Assembly (NCBI GenBank): GCA_020437395.1
Contig: JAGQWJ010000007.1
Location: 15,523-79,522, forward strand
DNA length: 64,000 nt
Direction: 5' to 3'
Source: Ignavibacteriota bacterium
GTDB taxonomy: Bacteria > Bacteroidota > Ignavibacteria > Kapaibacteriales > UBA2268
The notes under the pieces are model-generated. The model saw only the letters and a list, made by a program, of their open reading frames with translations, was not told the origin of the DNA and made no database searches. Of this stretch, positions 53,701 through 63,179 are shown in pieces (position 1 is the stretch's first letter; each line of letters begins with the position of its first letter). The position numbers were made by a program, and so were the translations under genes.

Positions 53701-54279
53701 TTAATCCCAATATTTTTCTATTAAATGATAAATAGTTCCATTTTTAACGTCAACTGCCAAATAATTAGCATGAGGATATTTATTACAACGAAAATATTCA
53801 ACTTTCTCAATACTATTTATTTCAAAAAAGAAAGAAATCTCTTTTTTTAATTTAGACATTTTAAGTTCAATAAATTCTAGATTCTTTTTGATTTCCTTTC
53901 CATTTGATTCTTGGTATTTTGAGTCCGATATGTCAGGAAAAGCTGTATTCAAATCAGATAGAAATTTTAATACATCTACTTTGTCTGCTTTGTATTTAAA
54001 GTAGCAGGAATAAAAACTTAGAGGATAGTTAATTTGGATACTCTCAACTAACTTTAATTCTGGTATTCCTTTAGAAGAGTAAATATCTTTAAGTGTTATT
54101 TTTTCAGTATAACTAAGTTCCTCTAAAGCAAAATCCACAGTATTATCCCATGCTTTTTTAGAGGCTTTATCTATTTCAGTTTTAGATAGTTCAACTAATT
54201 CCTCTCCTTTGTTTTTTACTCTTTCACAAGAACAAAAGAAAATCAGTGTCAATAATAATATAATAATATTATTAATCAA
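53701..54279 (-). CDS. Hypothetical lipoprotein
   Basis: Lipobox FFCSC. No recognisable domain. Confidence 0.5.
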   Translation of the reverse strand: MINNIIILLLTLIFFCSCERVKNKGEELVELSKTEIDKASKKAWDNTVDFALEELSYTEKITLKDIYSSKGIPELKLVESIQINYPLSFYSCYFKYKADKVDVLKFLSDLNTAFPDISDSKYQESNGKEIKKNLEFIELKMSKLKKEISFFFEINSIEKVEYFRCNKYPHANYLAVDVKNGTIYHLIEKYWD

Positions 54280-54286
54280 CGTTTTA

Positions 54287-55492
54287 TTACACCCTCTGTA
54301 TCACAGCGGCATAACCTTGACCAACTCCGATACACATAGTAACAAGTGCAAATTCTTTTCCTTGCTCTACTAGTTCAATAGTTGCAGCACCGAGTAGTCT
54401 AGCGCCCGTCATTCCCAGCGGGTGACCTATTGCGATTGCACCACCGTTCGGGTTTAATCTTGCGTCATCATCTGCAATTCCCCATGCTCTAGTACATGCT
54501 AATGCTTGTGCTGCGAAGGCTTCGTTCAGCTCTATTATATCCAAATCCGCGAATGTTAATCCAACTTTTGCTAATGCTTTGTTCGAAGCTTCTACAGGGC
54601 CTATTCCCATAATACGAGGTTCTACTCCTACTACTGCTGATGAGATTATTTTTGCTTTGGCTGTTAGCCCATTTTGTTCTAACCCATCTTCGTTAGCTAG
54701 CAATACGGAACAAGCACCATCATTCAATCCGGAAGAGTTCCCTGCCGTTACTGAGCCATCTTTTTTGAATGCTGGTCTAAGTCCTGCTAGTCCTTCCATA
54801 GAAGTACCCGGTCTTATGAATTCATCTTGACTAAATATTATAGGGTCTTTTTTTCTTTGTGGAATTTCTACTGGCATAATTTCTTTTGCTAATCTTCCAT
54901 TTTGAGTAGCTTTTGCGGCTTTTGATTGAGACCAGTAAGCAAATTTATCTTGATCTTCACGGCTAATACCATACATTTCAACTAGATTTTCAGCAGTATT
55001 ACCCATTCCATCAGTACCATACATTTCATGCATTTTGGGATTAACAAACCTCCAACCAAAAGCAGAATCGAACATCTCAGCGCTATTACCCCAAGGTTGT
55101 GCTGATTTGGAAACTACATAAGGTGCTCTTGACATACTCTCAACTCCACCTGCTATCATTACAGTGCTATCACCCAATATCAAAGAGCGTGATGCATTTA
55201 TTGCTGATGCCAACCCAGATGAACATAATCTATTGACAGTCTCACCAGGAACTGAGTGTGGCAACCCTGCTAATAGGGCAGACATACGTGCCACATTGCG
55301 ATTCTCTTCTCCTGCTCCGTTCGCATTACCCAGTATCACATCACCTATATTTTTCTTGTCTAAGCTAGGGTTTCTTTGTACCAATTCTGCTATAGTCATA
55401 GCAGCCATGTCATCAGGGCGAACTGCGGCTAATGTACCTTTAAAATTCCCAATCGGTGTTCTTATCGAATCTACTATATATGCGTTTTTCAT
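54287..55492 (-). CDS. Acetyl-CoA C-acyltransferase (thiolase; PcaF/PaaJ-like)
   Basis: Active-site VNRLCSSGL, GEENRNVARMSALLAGLP, and C-terminal NPNGGAIAIGHPLG and CIGVGQG. Confidence 0.92.
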   Translation of the reverse strand: MKNAYIVDSIRTPIGNFKGTLAAVRPDDMAAMTIAELVQRNPSLDKKNIGDVILGNANGAGEENRNVARMSALLAGLPHSVPGETVNRLCSSGLASAINASRSLILGDSTVMIAGGVESMSRAPYVVSKSAQPWGNSAEMFDSAFGWRFVNPKMHEMYGTDGMGNTAENLVEMYGISREDQDKFAYWSQSKAAKATQNGRLAKEIMPVEIPQRKKDPIIFSQDEFIRPGTSMEGLAGLRPAFKKDGSVTAGNSSGLNDGACSVLLANEDGLEQNGLTAKAKIISSAVVGVEPRIMGIGPVEASNKALAKVGLTFADLDIIELNEAFAAQALACTRAWGIADDDARLNPNGGAIAIGHPLGMTGARLLGAATIELVEQGKEFALVTMCIGVGQGYAAVIQRV

Positions 55493-55499
55493 TGTTTCT

Positions 55500-58400
55500 C
55501 TATTTTTTTACTTTTTCAATTTTTTTAAATAATTCGAAATCTAATTTTTGAATGTAAGACTGATAATCAGCCCATTCATTTTCTAAAAATTTATTTACCT
55601 TTGATACTAATTTATTAGACATTCTTTCTACTCTCTCTGCCATGATGTGCTGAGTAGAGTTTGGACTAGCCATAGCAGAGCCAAGATAATATTGAGCATA
55701 ACCCGAGAAATGGTTGAAATTGTCCTCATTTCGTAACATTCCTTTCATTCCAGACTTACCTCTTAAGTAAGTTTTGATTGACTCAATTGAGTCTTTTATC
55801 GCTTTTGTCTTTTTGCTAAGACTATCTTTTTCCAAATCTTTATTTGCTTCCATTAGCTTTTCGTAAATGCTGATTTTCTCTTCTGCTTCATTTACTTTAT
55901 CCATTGCCTCTGTTGCATGGCCTATATTGGCTTCTAGCTCTTTATACATTGATTGTACAGCGACCAAATCATTCATATTATATTCTACTCTTGGGTCGTT
56001 CTCTACAGTAAACTCTGCAGAATCACTTGTATTCATATATGTAAACACAGCTTTATATTTCCCAGGTAATACGGAGATGCTACCGGGAGGTGTAGTCTCA
56101 TTCTCTGGTTTTTTAGAGCCAGGTCTTCTTATTCCATTCGTCTCGAATCCCCAATAGTATCTTTGGATTGCAGTATCTACTTTCATAAAAAGTGTTCTGA
56201 CTTCTTTTCCAGAGATATCGTATATTCTAACCGTTAGAGAGTCTTTTGAGGGACCTTTATCTTTCTTCTTGTCATCAGTATCATCATCAATGTCTTTCTT
56301 TTTTTCTTTTTTCTTAGACTTTGGCTTGTTGATGTTGAATGTGAATCGAACTCCCATTCTCTCATTAGTACCATCATACATAGATTTACCTCCAAATCTA
56401 GTGCCTGCTGGTTGCTTTGTCGAAACCATATAGCCAGTATTAACAGGGAATAGAGTCAACGGTTTTTCTAGTATATCAGCACCTTCTTTTGCAACTTCTC
56501 TGAATGCAGAAATATCATCAAATATCCATGCCGCTCGGCCGAAAGTCCCAATTACTAAATCATTCTCTCTTTCTTGTATTTCCATATCCATAGTAGGTAC
56601 GCTAGGGTAACCTTCTGTCCATTTTTGCCAATCCTTGCCTTGATTGAACGATATATAAAGCCCAAACTCTGTACCTAAGAACATAAGATTTGGCTCTATT
56701 GGGTCTTGGATAAATGATATCACATAAGATCCTATTTCCTTGCCTTTAAGTAAATTGGTCCAACTATCACCTTTGTTGTTAGTGAATAGTAGATATGGTT
56801 CCCAATTATTACGTCTGTAATCGTTGACTACAACATAACATTCGGATTCATTATATCGAGAAGGGCGTATCTGTGGTATCCAAGATCCCTTTGGTGCTCC
56901 ACCTAGATTCCCAGTTTTGTTTTGCCAGCTATTACCATCGTCAGTAGTTAGTTGTATATTACCGTCATCTGTAGTAACCCATATCATCTTATCATTCAGT
57001 GTACTCGGAGCTATGGCTAATATAGTAGTATAGTTCTCGGCACCAGTAGCATCGAAAGTCAGTCCACCACTTGAATCTTGTTTTTGATATTCAGGATTGT
57101 TAGTTGTCAAATCAGGTGAAATAATTTCCCAGTTTTCCCCTCGATCTGTGCTCTTGTGTAAATATTGCGAGCCATAATATACGGTCTTATTGTCAAAAGG
57201 GTCAGCCGAAATAGCTGCATTCCAATTGAACCTCAAAGTTATAGAATCTTCAGGGTGTACAGGTTTGATAAAGTTTGTTCCACCTGTTTCCAAATCATAT
57301 CTACCTAGACTTCCTCCCTGTGCCATAGCATAACCATAACGGTTATCACTTGGGTCAGGTACTACATCGAATCCATCGCCAAAGCGTAACTCCTCCCAAT
57401 AAGCATTACGGATACCGCCACTTCTCCAAACTGAAGATGGGCCAATCCAAGAGCCATTGTCTTGCATACCACCATACACTCTGTAAGGTACTTCATTATC
57501 AACTGAGATATGATAGAACTGAGCGACTGGCAGATTCTCTACAAATCTCCAATTAGCACCTCTATCTTTTGATATTGCTAATCCTCCGTCATTACCGTCT
57601 ATTATATGATTAGGATTGTTGGGGTTAATCCAAAATGCATGATGGTCAGGGTGTACTCCATCTGCGTAATAAGCTATCATATTCTGGAACGATTTACCAC
57701 CATCTTCGGATTTATCAATTACAGAATGCACATTATATATTCTATTCTCATTCCAAGGGTCAACTCTAATATCTGCATAATAGAATGGACGACCGCCTAT
57801 GTTTTCAGTTTGTTGATTTCTCCATGTGAAACCACCATCCGTACTTTTGTAAAAACCATTATCTTTTGCCTCTACTAGAGCATATACTATGTCTCTATTG
57901 CTCTGGCTAATAGCAAGGCCAATTCTTCCTAATTCGCCTTTGGGTAATCCATCTTTATCTGTCAATTCTTTCCAAGTGTCACCACCGTCTAGGGTCATAT
58001 AAAGTCCAGAGCCTTCGCCACCAGATTTGAAAAACCACGGCCAACGGCGAAATTCCCACATAGCAGCGAACATCTTATTAGGATTGCTCGGGTCAACTAT
58101 TAGGTCTGCTATTCCAGTTTTTTCATTTACATAAAGAACTTTTTTCCAGCTTTTACCACCATCAGTTGTTCGGAATACCCCACGTTCTTCGGTTTCACCC
58201 CAAGCTGGGCCTTGCGCTCCAACGTAAACTATATCCGGATTATCTCGGTGAATTATTATTCTATGTATATTTCTTGATTTTTCTAAACCTAAGTGAGTCC
58301 AAGTACGACCACCATCTATACTTTTGTATATACCATTACCACTAGATTGACTATTACGTGGATTGCCCTCACCTGTACCTAGCCAAATAACATCTGGATT

Positions 58401-58688
58401 AGATTGCTGAATTTTTACATCGCCAATTGACTGCGTCGGAAGCTCTTCCGTTAGTGGCTCCCAAGTTATGCCATCATTAGGAGAGTACCACAAACCACCG
58501 GAAGCAGTACCAACATATATATCAGCTGGGTTGCTTAAATTTACATCAATGGCGGTAACTCTACCACTCATACCTGCTGGGCCTATGTTTCTAGGGGCTA
58601 ATTCTTTGAATTTACTTAGATCTACTTGTTGTGAAGTTACTATTATAGGTAATAATAAAAGTGCTAACAAAATACTTATTTTCTTCAT
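55500..58688 (-). CDS. Secreted BNR/Asp-box repeat protein (sortilin/VPS10-like double propeller)
   Basis: Signal peptide and at least 10 SxDxGxTW-type boxes (SIDGGRTW, TTDGGKSW, TLDGGDTW, STDGGFTW, STDRGENW ...). There is a K/D-rich linker and a helical C-terminus. Confidence 0.8.
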   Translation of the reverse strand: MKKISILLALLLLPIIVTSQQVDLSKFKELAPRNIGPAGMSGRVTAIDVNLSNPADIYVGTASGGLWYSPNDGITWEPLTEELPTQSIGDVKIQQSNPDVIWLGTGEGNPRNSQSSGNGIYKSIDGGRTWTHLGLEKSRNIHRIIIHRDNPDIVYVGAQGPAWGETEERGVFRTTDGGKSWKKVLYVNEKTGIADLIVDPSNPNKMFAAMWEFRRWPWFFKSGGEGSGLYMTLDGGDTWKELTDKDGLPKGELGRIGLAISQSNRDIVYALVEAKDNGFYKSTDGGFTWRNQQTENIGGRPFYYADIRVDPWNENRIYNVHSVIDKSEDGGKSFQNMIAYYADGVHPDHHAFWINPNNPNHIIDGNDGGLAISKDRGANWRFVENLPVAQFYHISVDNEVPYRVYGGMQDNGSWIGPSSVWRSGGIRNAYWEELRFGDGFDVVPDPSDNRYGYAMAQGGSLGRYDLETGGTNFIKPVHPEDSITLRFNWNAAISADPFDNKTVYYGSQYLHKSTDRGENWEIISPDLTTNNPEYQKQDSSGGLTFDATGAENYTTILAIAPSTLNDKMIWVTTDDGNIQLTTDDGNSWQNKTGNLGGAPKGSWIPQIRPSRYNESECYVVVNDYRRNNWEPYLLFTNNKGDSWTNLLKGKEIGSYVISFIQDPIEPNLMFLGTEFGLYISFNQGKDWQKWTEGYPSVPTMDMEIQERENDLVIGTFGRAAWIFDDISAFREVAKEGADILEKPLTLFPVNTGYMVSTKQPAGTRFGGKSMYDGTNERMGVRFTFNINKPKSKKKEKKKDIDDDTDDKKKDKGPSKDSLTVRIYDISGKEVRTLFMKVDTAIQRYYWGFETNGIRRPGSKKPENETTPPGSISVLPGKYKAVFTYMNTSDSAEFTVENDPRVEYNMNDLVAVQSMYKELEANIGHATEAMDKVNEAEEKISIYEKLMEANKDLEKDSLSKKTKAIKDSIESIKTYLRGKSGMKGMLRNEDNFNHFSGYAQYYLGSAMASPNSTQHIMAERVERMSNKLVSKVNKFLENEWADYQSYIQKLDFELFKKIEKVKK

Positions 58689-59116
58689 TCAGATTCCTCT
58701 ATCCAATTCTTGTCTGTTCGATAAGCTGTACCACGGAAAAGTCCAACTAGTTCACCTTTCTGATTTTTTACTTCTACATCTAATATGGCAGTTTTGGGTG
58801 AAAGTGAAATAGTCTTCGCAATAGCGGTTATTACTTCCCCTTCTTTAGTAGCTTTAGGATATTGCATAATAACGGAAGTAGAGACAGCTTTCTTTCCGTA
58901 TGAATTGGAAGCGAATGCAAATGCACTATCAGCTAATGAGTACGAAATACCCCCGTGCATTATATCAAAGCCATTAAGCATTTCCTTACGGACAGTCATT
59001 TTTAGGTGACAATACCCCCTCTCAATAGCAACTAGCTCTATCCCAAGCCATTTGCTAAATGGGTCATTATCGTACATCAGATGAAATACTTTTTCAGCTA
59101 TCTTTTGGTCAGTCAT
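58685..59116 (-). CDS. PaaI-family hotdog-fold thioesterase
   Basis: 143 aa. The pattern NGFDIMHGGISYSLADSAFAFA is typical of PaaI/YdiI thioesterases. Confidence 0.85.
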   Translation of the reverse strand: MTDQKIAEKVFHLMYDNDPFSKWLGIELVAIERGYCHLKMTVRKEMLNGFDIMHGGISYSLADSAFAFASNSYGKKAVSTSVIMQYPKATKEGEVITAIAKTISLSPKTAILDVEVKNQKGELVGLFRGTAYRTDKNWIEESE

Positions 59117-59346
59117 AAAAGTTCAGATTTGTAATAATTTAATCGAATAATTTAATCAAAACGTGAGTATTTTCCATATTTGTTGTTCGATTTAGCAAGA
59201 AATAGCATTTATTAATTAATCTAGAATTAGTTTCTCAAAATAGTTCTTGCTAATTCCTTCAAAAAACTATACGTTTACGGGAAGAAAAGAAAAACTTCGA
59301 AGAAATATTATGAAAATACTGATACTAGCTAATAATTATATTTAAT

Positions 59347-59514
59347 GTGACTAAAGTCACTTTTTTGGGGAGAGTGTTTGTATCCGTTGACTAAGGTCAA
59401 CGGCAATACTTTAGGTTATTTAAGCAAGTTGTATGAATATAAATAGAATGTATTGCCGTCGGTTTTAACCGACGGACATAGGAAAGTAAAACTAGTCCTT
59501 GGGACTTTAGTCCC
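59347..59514. repeat. Array of four short GC-rich hairpins plus repeat family copy C
   Basis: GTGAC-TAAA-GTCAC (59347-59360), CCGTTGAC-TAAG-GTCAACGG (59384-59403), CCGTCGG-ttttaa-CCGACGG (59456-59475) and GGGAC-TTTA-GTCCC (59501-59514). GGCAATAC (59402-59409) pairs with GTATTGCC (59450-59457). Confidence 0.6.
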
Positions 59515-59539
59515 TTTTAACTAATAAGAGAAAAACAAA

Positions 59540-60196
59540 ATGAAAAAACTAATTCTTGCTGTTATATTAGCAAGCATATCACTTACAGCAAAGGACTTCA
59601 CCTTAACTACAAATGTTGGGGCTACCATGTTGCAACAGCAGGTAAAAGATGAAGTTGGAGGGAGGAGTTATCCTGTTCTGTACAATTACACAGAATTAAA
59701 TTTGAATATGGAAGTTAGGTATAATATAAGTGAATACTTATCAGCTGGTGCTTATGTAAGATATGACTTTGGAAACAGACAAGTCTCCGATGGAGTTCTC
59801 CGTGGAAGTGGGAGTCAATCTCGAATCAATTTCGATTATAATGAAAGTTGGGTAGGCCCAATAATCAAAGGTCATTACAAAGATGTATTTCTAGGACTTG
59901 GTTATGGTCTTCTTGCCACTAGAAACGATGGCTTTTTAGGAATTACTTATGAAAACCCTGGATTCTTCCAAGGAAGTAGTGTTGGCAATGAAGTATTAAC
60001 AACATCTTCCATAGCCTGGTTAGTACAGTTAGGTGGAAAGTTTGATTTAATTGAAAACTTGGAACTAAATATCATGGTGGAATATAGGGTTCGTTACTAT
60101 GACAAAGTAAATGAGTTGAACATTAAAGATGATTATGTAATCGGCACTCAGAACATAACACCAATGGCAGGGATTTCTTATAATTTTGATTTGTAG
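59540..60196 (+). CDS. Outer membrane beta-barrel protein (porin-like, OMP_b-brl family)
   Basis: Signal peptide, alternating amphipathic strands and a C-terminal aromatic residue (ISYNFDL). Confidence 0.65.
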   Translation: MKKLILAVILASISLTAKDFTLTTNVGATMLQQQVKDEVGGRSYPVLYNYTELNLNMEVRYNISEYLSAGAYVRYDFGNRQVSDGVLRGSGSQSRINFDYNESWVGPIIKGHYKDVFLGLGYGLLATRNDGFLGITYENPGFFQGSSVGNEVLTTSSIAWLVQLGGKFDLIENLELNIMVEYRVRYYDKVNELNIKDDYVIGTQNITPMAGISYNFDL

Positions 60197-60200
60197 CTAA

Positions 60201-61463
60201 TTACTGCTTTTTTAGTTTCTCTATCTTCCCTCGTAGATGCTCTATTTCCTGCTTATTCTCGGTTAGTGTTACTGCTTTTTCTAGTGATTTGATAGCCATT
60301 TCTACATTACCATCTCTCTTATAAAGATGAGAAAGAGTTGAATGAAAAAGATAATAATTTTCAAGCTCAGTTATTCCTTTCATCAAAGTTATAGCTTCTC
60401 CGATTGACTTATAGTATGAAATCGCTATAAATTTGTTAAGAAGAATATATGGTGATTGTTCTAACCTATATAAGCTATCGTAGAGAGAGACTATCATAGC
60501 CCAATCTGTCTTTTCTATTGAGGGACCTACGCAATGTGTTGCAGATATAGATGCTTCTAAAAAATACTTATTCGTTGTTCTTATTTTCACTTTCTGCATA
60601 TCTATGAACGCCGATTCCATCATTTCTCTATCCCATAGCCTTCTGTCTTGTTTATCCAGTGTGACCAGGTTGTTTTCTGAGTCAAATCTGGCTTTGTTTC
60701 TAGAAAGATGACATTTGATTAAAGCCAATAAGCTAGTCGTATAATCATTTCTGAATCGTTGGTTCGTCGTTAATAACTCAGCTAACCGTAAAGCTTCGAA
60801 GCACAAATCCTCTCGCAATATTCTATCGCCAGTTGTAGCATTATACCCCTCATTGAAAATAAGATATATTACTCTGTTCACAGAGTGTATTCGCTCTTCA
60901 GCCTGCTCACCTATAGGTACTGACAGCTCTTTATTCTTCTCTGCTAGTTTCTTTTTTGCTCTGTATATTCGCTTGTTTGTGGTTTCTTCGTTAGTTAATA
61001 ATGCGCGTGAAATCTCTTTCGAACTAAATCCTGCTAATATTTTTAAGACAAGGGCAATCTGATATTCAATAGCCATAGATGGATGGCAACATGCAAAAAT
61101 CATTCTGAGTTGCGAGTCCTCAATTTCATTATCTAAAAACATTTTATCAATCGTAGGAATAAGGCTCATATCAGTGTACAATAAGCAAGATACTTCTGAC
61201 TCGTATTTTACCTTATTCTTATTTTTGCGTATTTCGTCAATTGCTTTATTTTTGGCGACTGAGTAGAGCCATGCCTCTGGATTGTCTGGTACACCTTTTA
61301 TTGACCAAGTTTGCATTGCCTTAAGGAGTGTATCTTGGACTATATCTTCGGCCTCATCTACTTTGTCATAGCCAATTATCCGTGCAATAACAGAAATCAT
61401 CTTTCCCGACTCGTGTCTGAAAAGATGATCTATTCGGTTTTCTATGATTTGAGAATTGGTCAA
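60201..61463 (-). CDS. ECF-type sigma factor with long C-terminal TPR-like extension (COG4941 type)
   Basis: Sigma region 2 (EDIVQDTLLKAMQTW, AWLYSVAKNKAIDEIRK) and region 4, plus a ~230-aa C-terminal domain. Confidence 0.8.
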   Translation of the reverse strand: MTNSQIIENRIDHLFRHESGKMISVIARIIGYDKVDEAEDIVQDTLLKAMQTWSIKGVPDNPEAWLYSVAKNKAIDEIRKNKNKVKYESEVSCLLYTDMSLIPTIDKMFLDNEIEDSQLRMIFACCHPSMAIEYQIALVLKILAGFSSKEISRALLTNEETTNKRIYRAKKKLAEKNKELSVPIGEQAEERIHSVNRVIYLIFNEGYNATTGDRILREDLCFEALRLAELLTTNQRFRNDYTTSLLALIKCHLSRNKARFDSENNLVTLDKQDRRLWDREMMESAFIDMQKVKIRTTNKYFLEASISATHCVGPSIEKTDWAMIVSLYDSLYRLEQSPYILLNKFIAISYYKSIGEAITLMKGITELENYYLFHSTLSHLYKRDGNVEMAIKSLEKAVTLTENKQEIEHLRGKIEKLKKQ

Positions 61464-61472
61464 TTAATGACA

Positions 61473-61910
61473 CTATTTAGTTGTTTTACCTTCGTAAAGT
61501 TCTGTGAAGACTTTGTCTATAGGCTCCCAAAACTCGATTTTATTTCCTTCTGGATCTATGATATGAGCAAATTTACCATACTCGTAAGCCTCAATCTCAC
61601 CAACTATTTGCACACCTTCAGAACGTAGATTTTCGATTAATTTTTCTATGTTTTGGACTCGGTAGTTAATCATGTATTGCTTGTCGGATGGGGAGAAGTA
61701 ATCGGTATTTTTATCAAAAGGGCTCCATTGTAGATATCCCTTTTGGTCAGGATTATCGGAGTCTCTGAACTCGAACAAAGATCCGTATTCGTTAGTGACT
61801 AAACCTAGCTTTTCCGAATACCAATTCCTCATATTCTCGGGGTTATCACTTTTGAAGAATATACCACCAATTCCTATTACTTTAGGTTCTTTATCTTTAC
61901 TATTACTCAT
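61473..61910 (-). CDS. VOC (glyoxalase/bleomycin resistance) family protein
   Basis: GIGGIFFKSDNPENMRNWYSEKLGL ... FAHIIDPEGNKIEFWEP. Confidence 0.8.
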   Translation of the reverse strand: MSNSKDKEPKVIGIGGIFFKSDNPENMRNWYSEKLGLVTNEYGSLFEFRDSDNPDQKGYLQWSPFDKNTDYFSPSDKQYMINYRVQNIEKLIENLRSEGVQIVGEIEAYEYGKFAHIIDPEGNKIEFWEPIDKVFTELYEGKTTK

Positions 61911-62608
61911 TATCTTACTTTACCACCACGCTTGTCTTTTACATTAAAATCTGTCATTTGCATAGTTGTAAGTAACTCACCTGGCGCACCATATTGCTCA
62001 GTTTTTATCAGCCCTACTCCTTCAGCAAAGTAGTAACGAGTACGAACAGTTTTATTACCATCTATTCTGTGGTCTTTATACATTTTTAGTTCACGCTTGT
62101 TTAGCTCTCTAATTTCTTCCAGTACCCAAACTTGATATTCACCTTTAGGTACTTTTATAGTTTGTTGTCCACGCCAAATAAAGCCTTCTTTGTTCTCTAC
62201 TTCATCCCCTTCTTTCGGATTGTTGGGGATTACCCAGCCAGTCTGCAATTCCTTGTAATACCAATCATTGACAGTAAGCAAGTGGGTTCCATCTTGACAT
62301 TTGACGAAGTAGAAGTTCATACTTTCTTTACCGTCACGGCATGCTCTATAAGCTTCGAAAGGAATTCGTTCACCATTTCGGACATAGTATATAGTATCCA
62401 ATCCGCAAAGCTCTAACTTATATTCTTCAGTAACTTCATTACCATCAACTGTTTTCACTACATCATAAGTCCAGCTATTACCTTCTTCGATAGGAAAATA
62501 CATAGATGTAAGTCCTTTGTCTTGGAAATCTGTACAAGGAGGTTGGAATCCAGTTGTTTTACATCCGTAGATAGTAACAGCGATTAGAACTATTAATAAT
62601 TTTTTCAT
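61910..62608 (-). CDS. Hypothetical lipoprotein
   Basis: MKKLLIVLIAVTIYGCK lipobox. ATG 62608 is preferred over the longer ORF start at 62638. Confidence 0.55.
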   Translation of the reverse strand: MKKLLIVLIAVTIYGCKTTGFQPPCTDFQDKGLTSMYFPIEEGNSWTYDVVKTVDGNEVTEEYKLELCGLDTIYYVRNGERIPFEAYRACRDGKESMNFYFVKCQDGTHLLTVNDWYYKELQTGWVIPNNPKEGDEVENKEGFIWRGQQTIKVPKGEYQVWVLEEIRELNKRELKMYKDHRIDGNKTVRTRYYFAEGVGLIKTEQYGAPGELLTTMQMTDFNVKDKRGGKVR

Positions 62609-63039
62609 TGTTTGGAGTCTTCTATTATTGCTATACATTTGAGTTCAATTGCGATAGGAGTAGGTAAGCTATGGATACCTAGTGTCGTTCTCGCTGGCTG
62701 ATTATCTTTGAAATATTCAGCATAAATCTTATTATATTTTGGAAAGTCATCTTTCATATTAGTAAGAAACACAGTAACATCGATTAAGTTACACCAATCA
62801 CTACCACATGCCTCTAAAATCATCTTCACATTATTAAAAACAGAGTGGCATTGTGTCTCTATATCATAGCTTTCTATATTGCCATCAGCATCCAAAGTTA
62901 CACCCGGGATTTCCTTTTTCCCTCTCTCTCTAGGCCCTACACCCGATAAGAATAGGAGGTTGCCGACTTGTCTAGCGTGAGGGTATAGTCCTACTGGCTC
63001 TGGTGCTTTATCCGAATTTAATCTAATATCATTACTCAT
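62605..63039 (-). CDS. RidA/YjgF/TdcF-family protein
   Basis: FLSGVGPR...ARTTLGIHSLPTPIAIELKCIA is the typical RidA fold pattern. Confidence 0.8.
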   Translation of the reverse strand: MSNDIRLNSDKAPEPVGLYPHARQVGNLLFLSGVGPRERGKKEIPGVTLDADGNIESYDIETQCHSVFNNVKMILEACGSDWCNLIDVTVFLTNMKDDFPKYNKIYAEYFKDNQPARTTLGIHSLPTPIAIELKCIAIIEDSKQ

Positions 63040-63179
63040 ATTTTCACTACAAAAGTATTATTTTCAAATTTTAATTTTTGTAATATAATAAACAGCGACT
63101 ACATTACTAAATGAAAGTAGTTATTATGGTCTTTGAAATACAAATTGCATTAAAAAAAGGGATGCTGAGATATCTTCAT

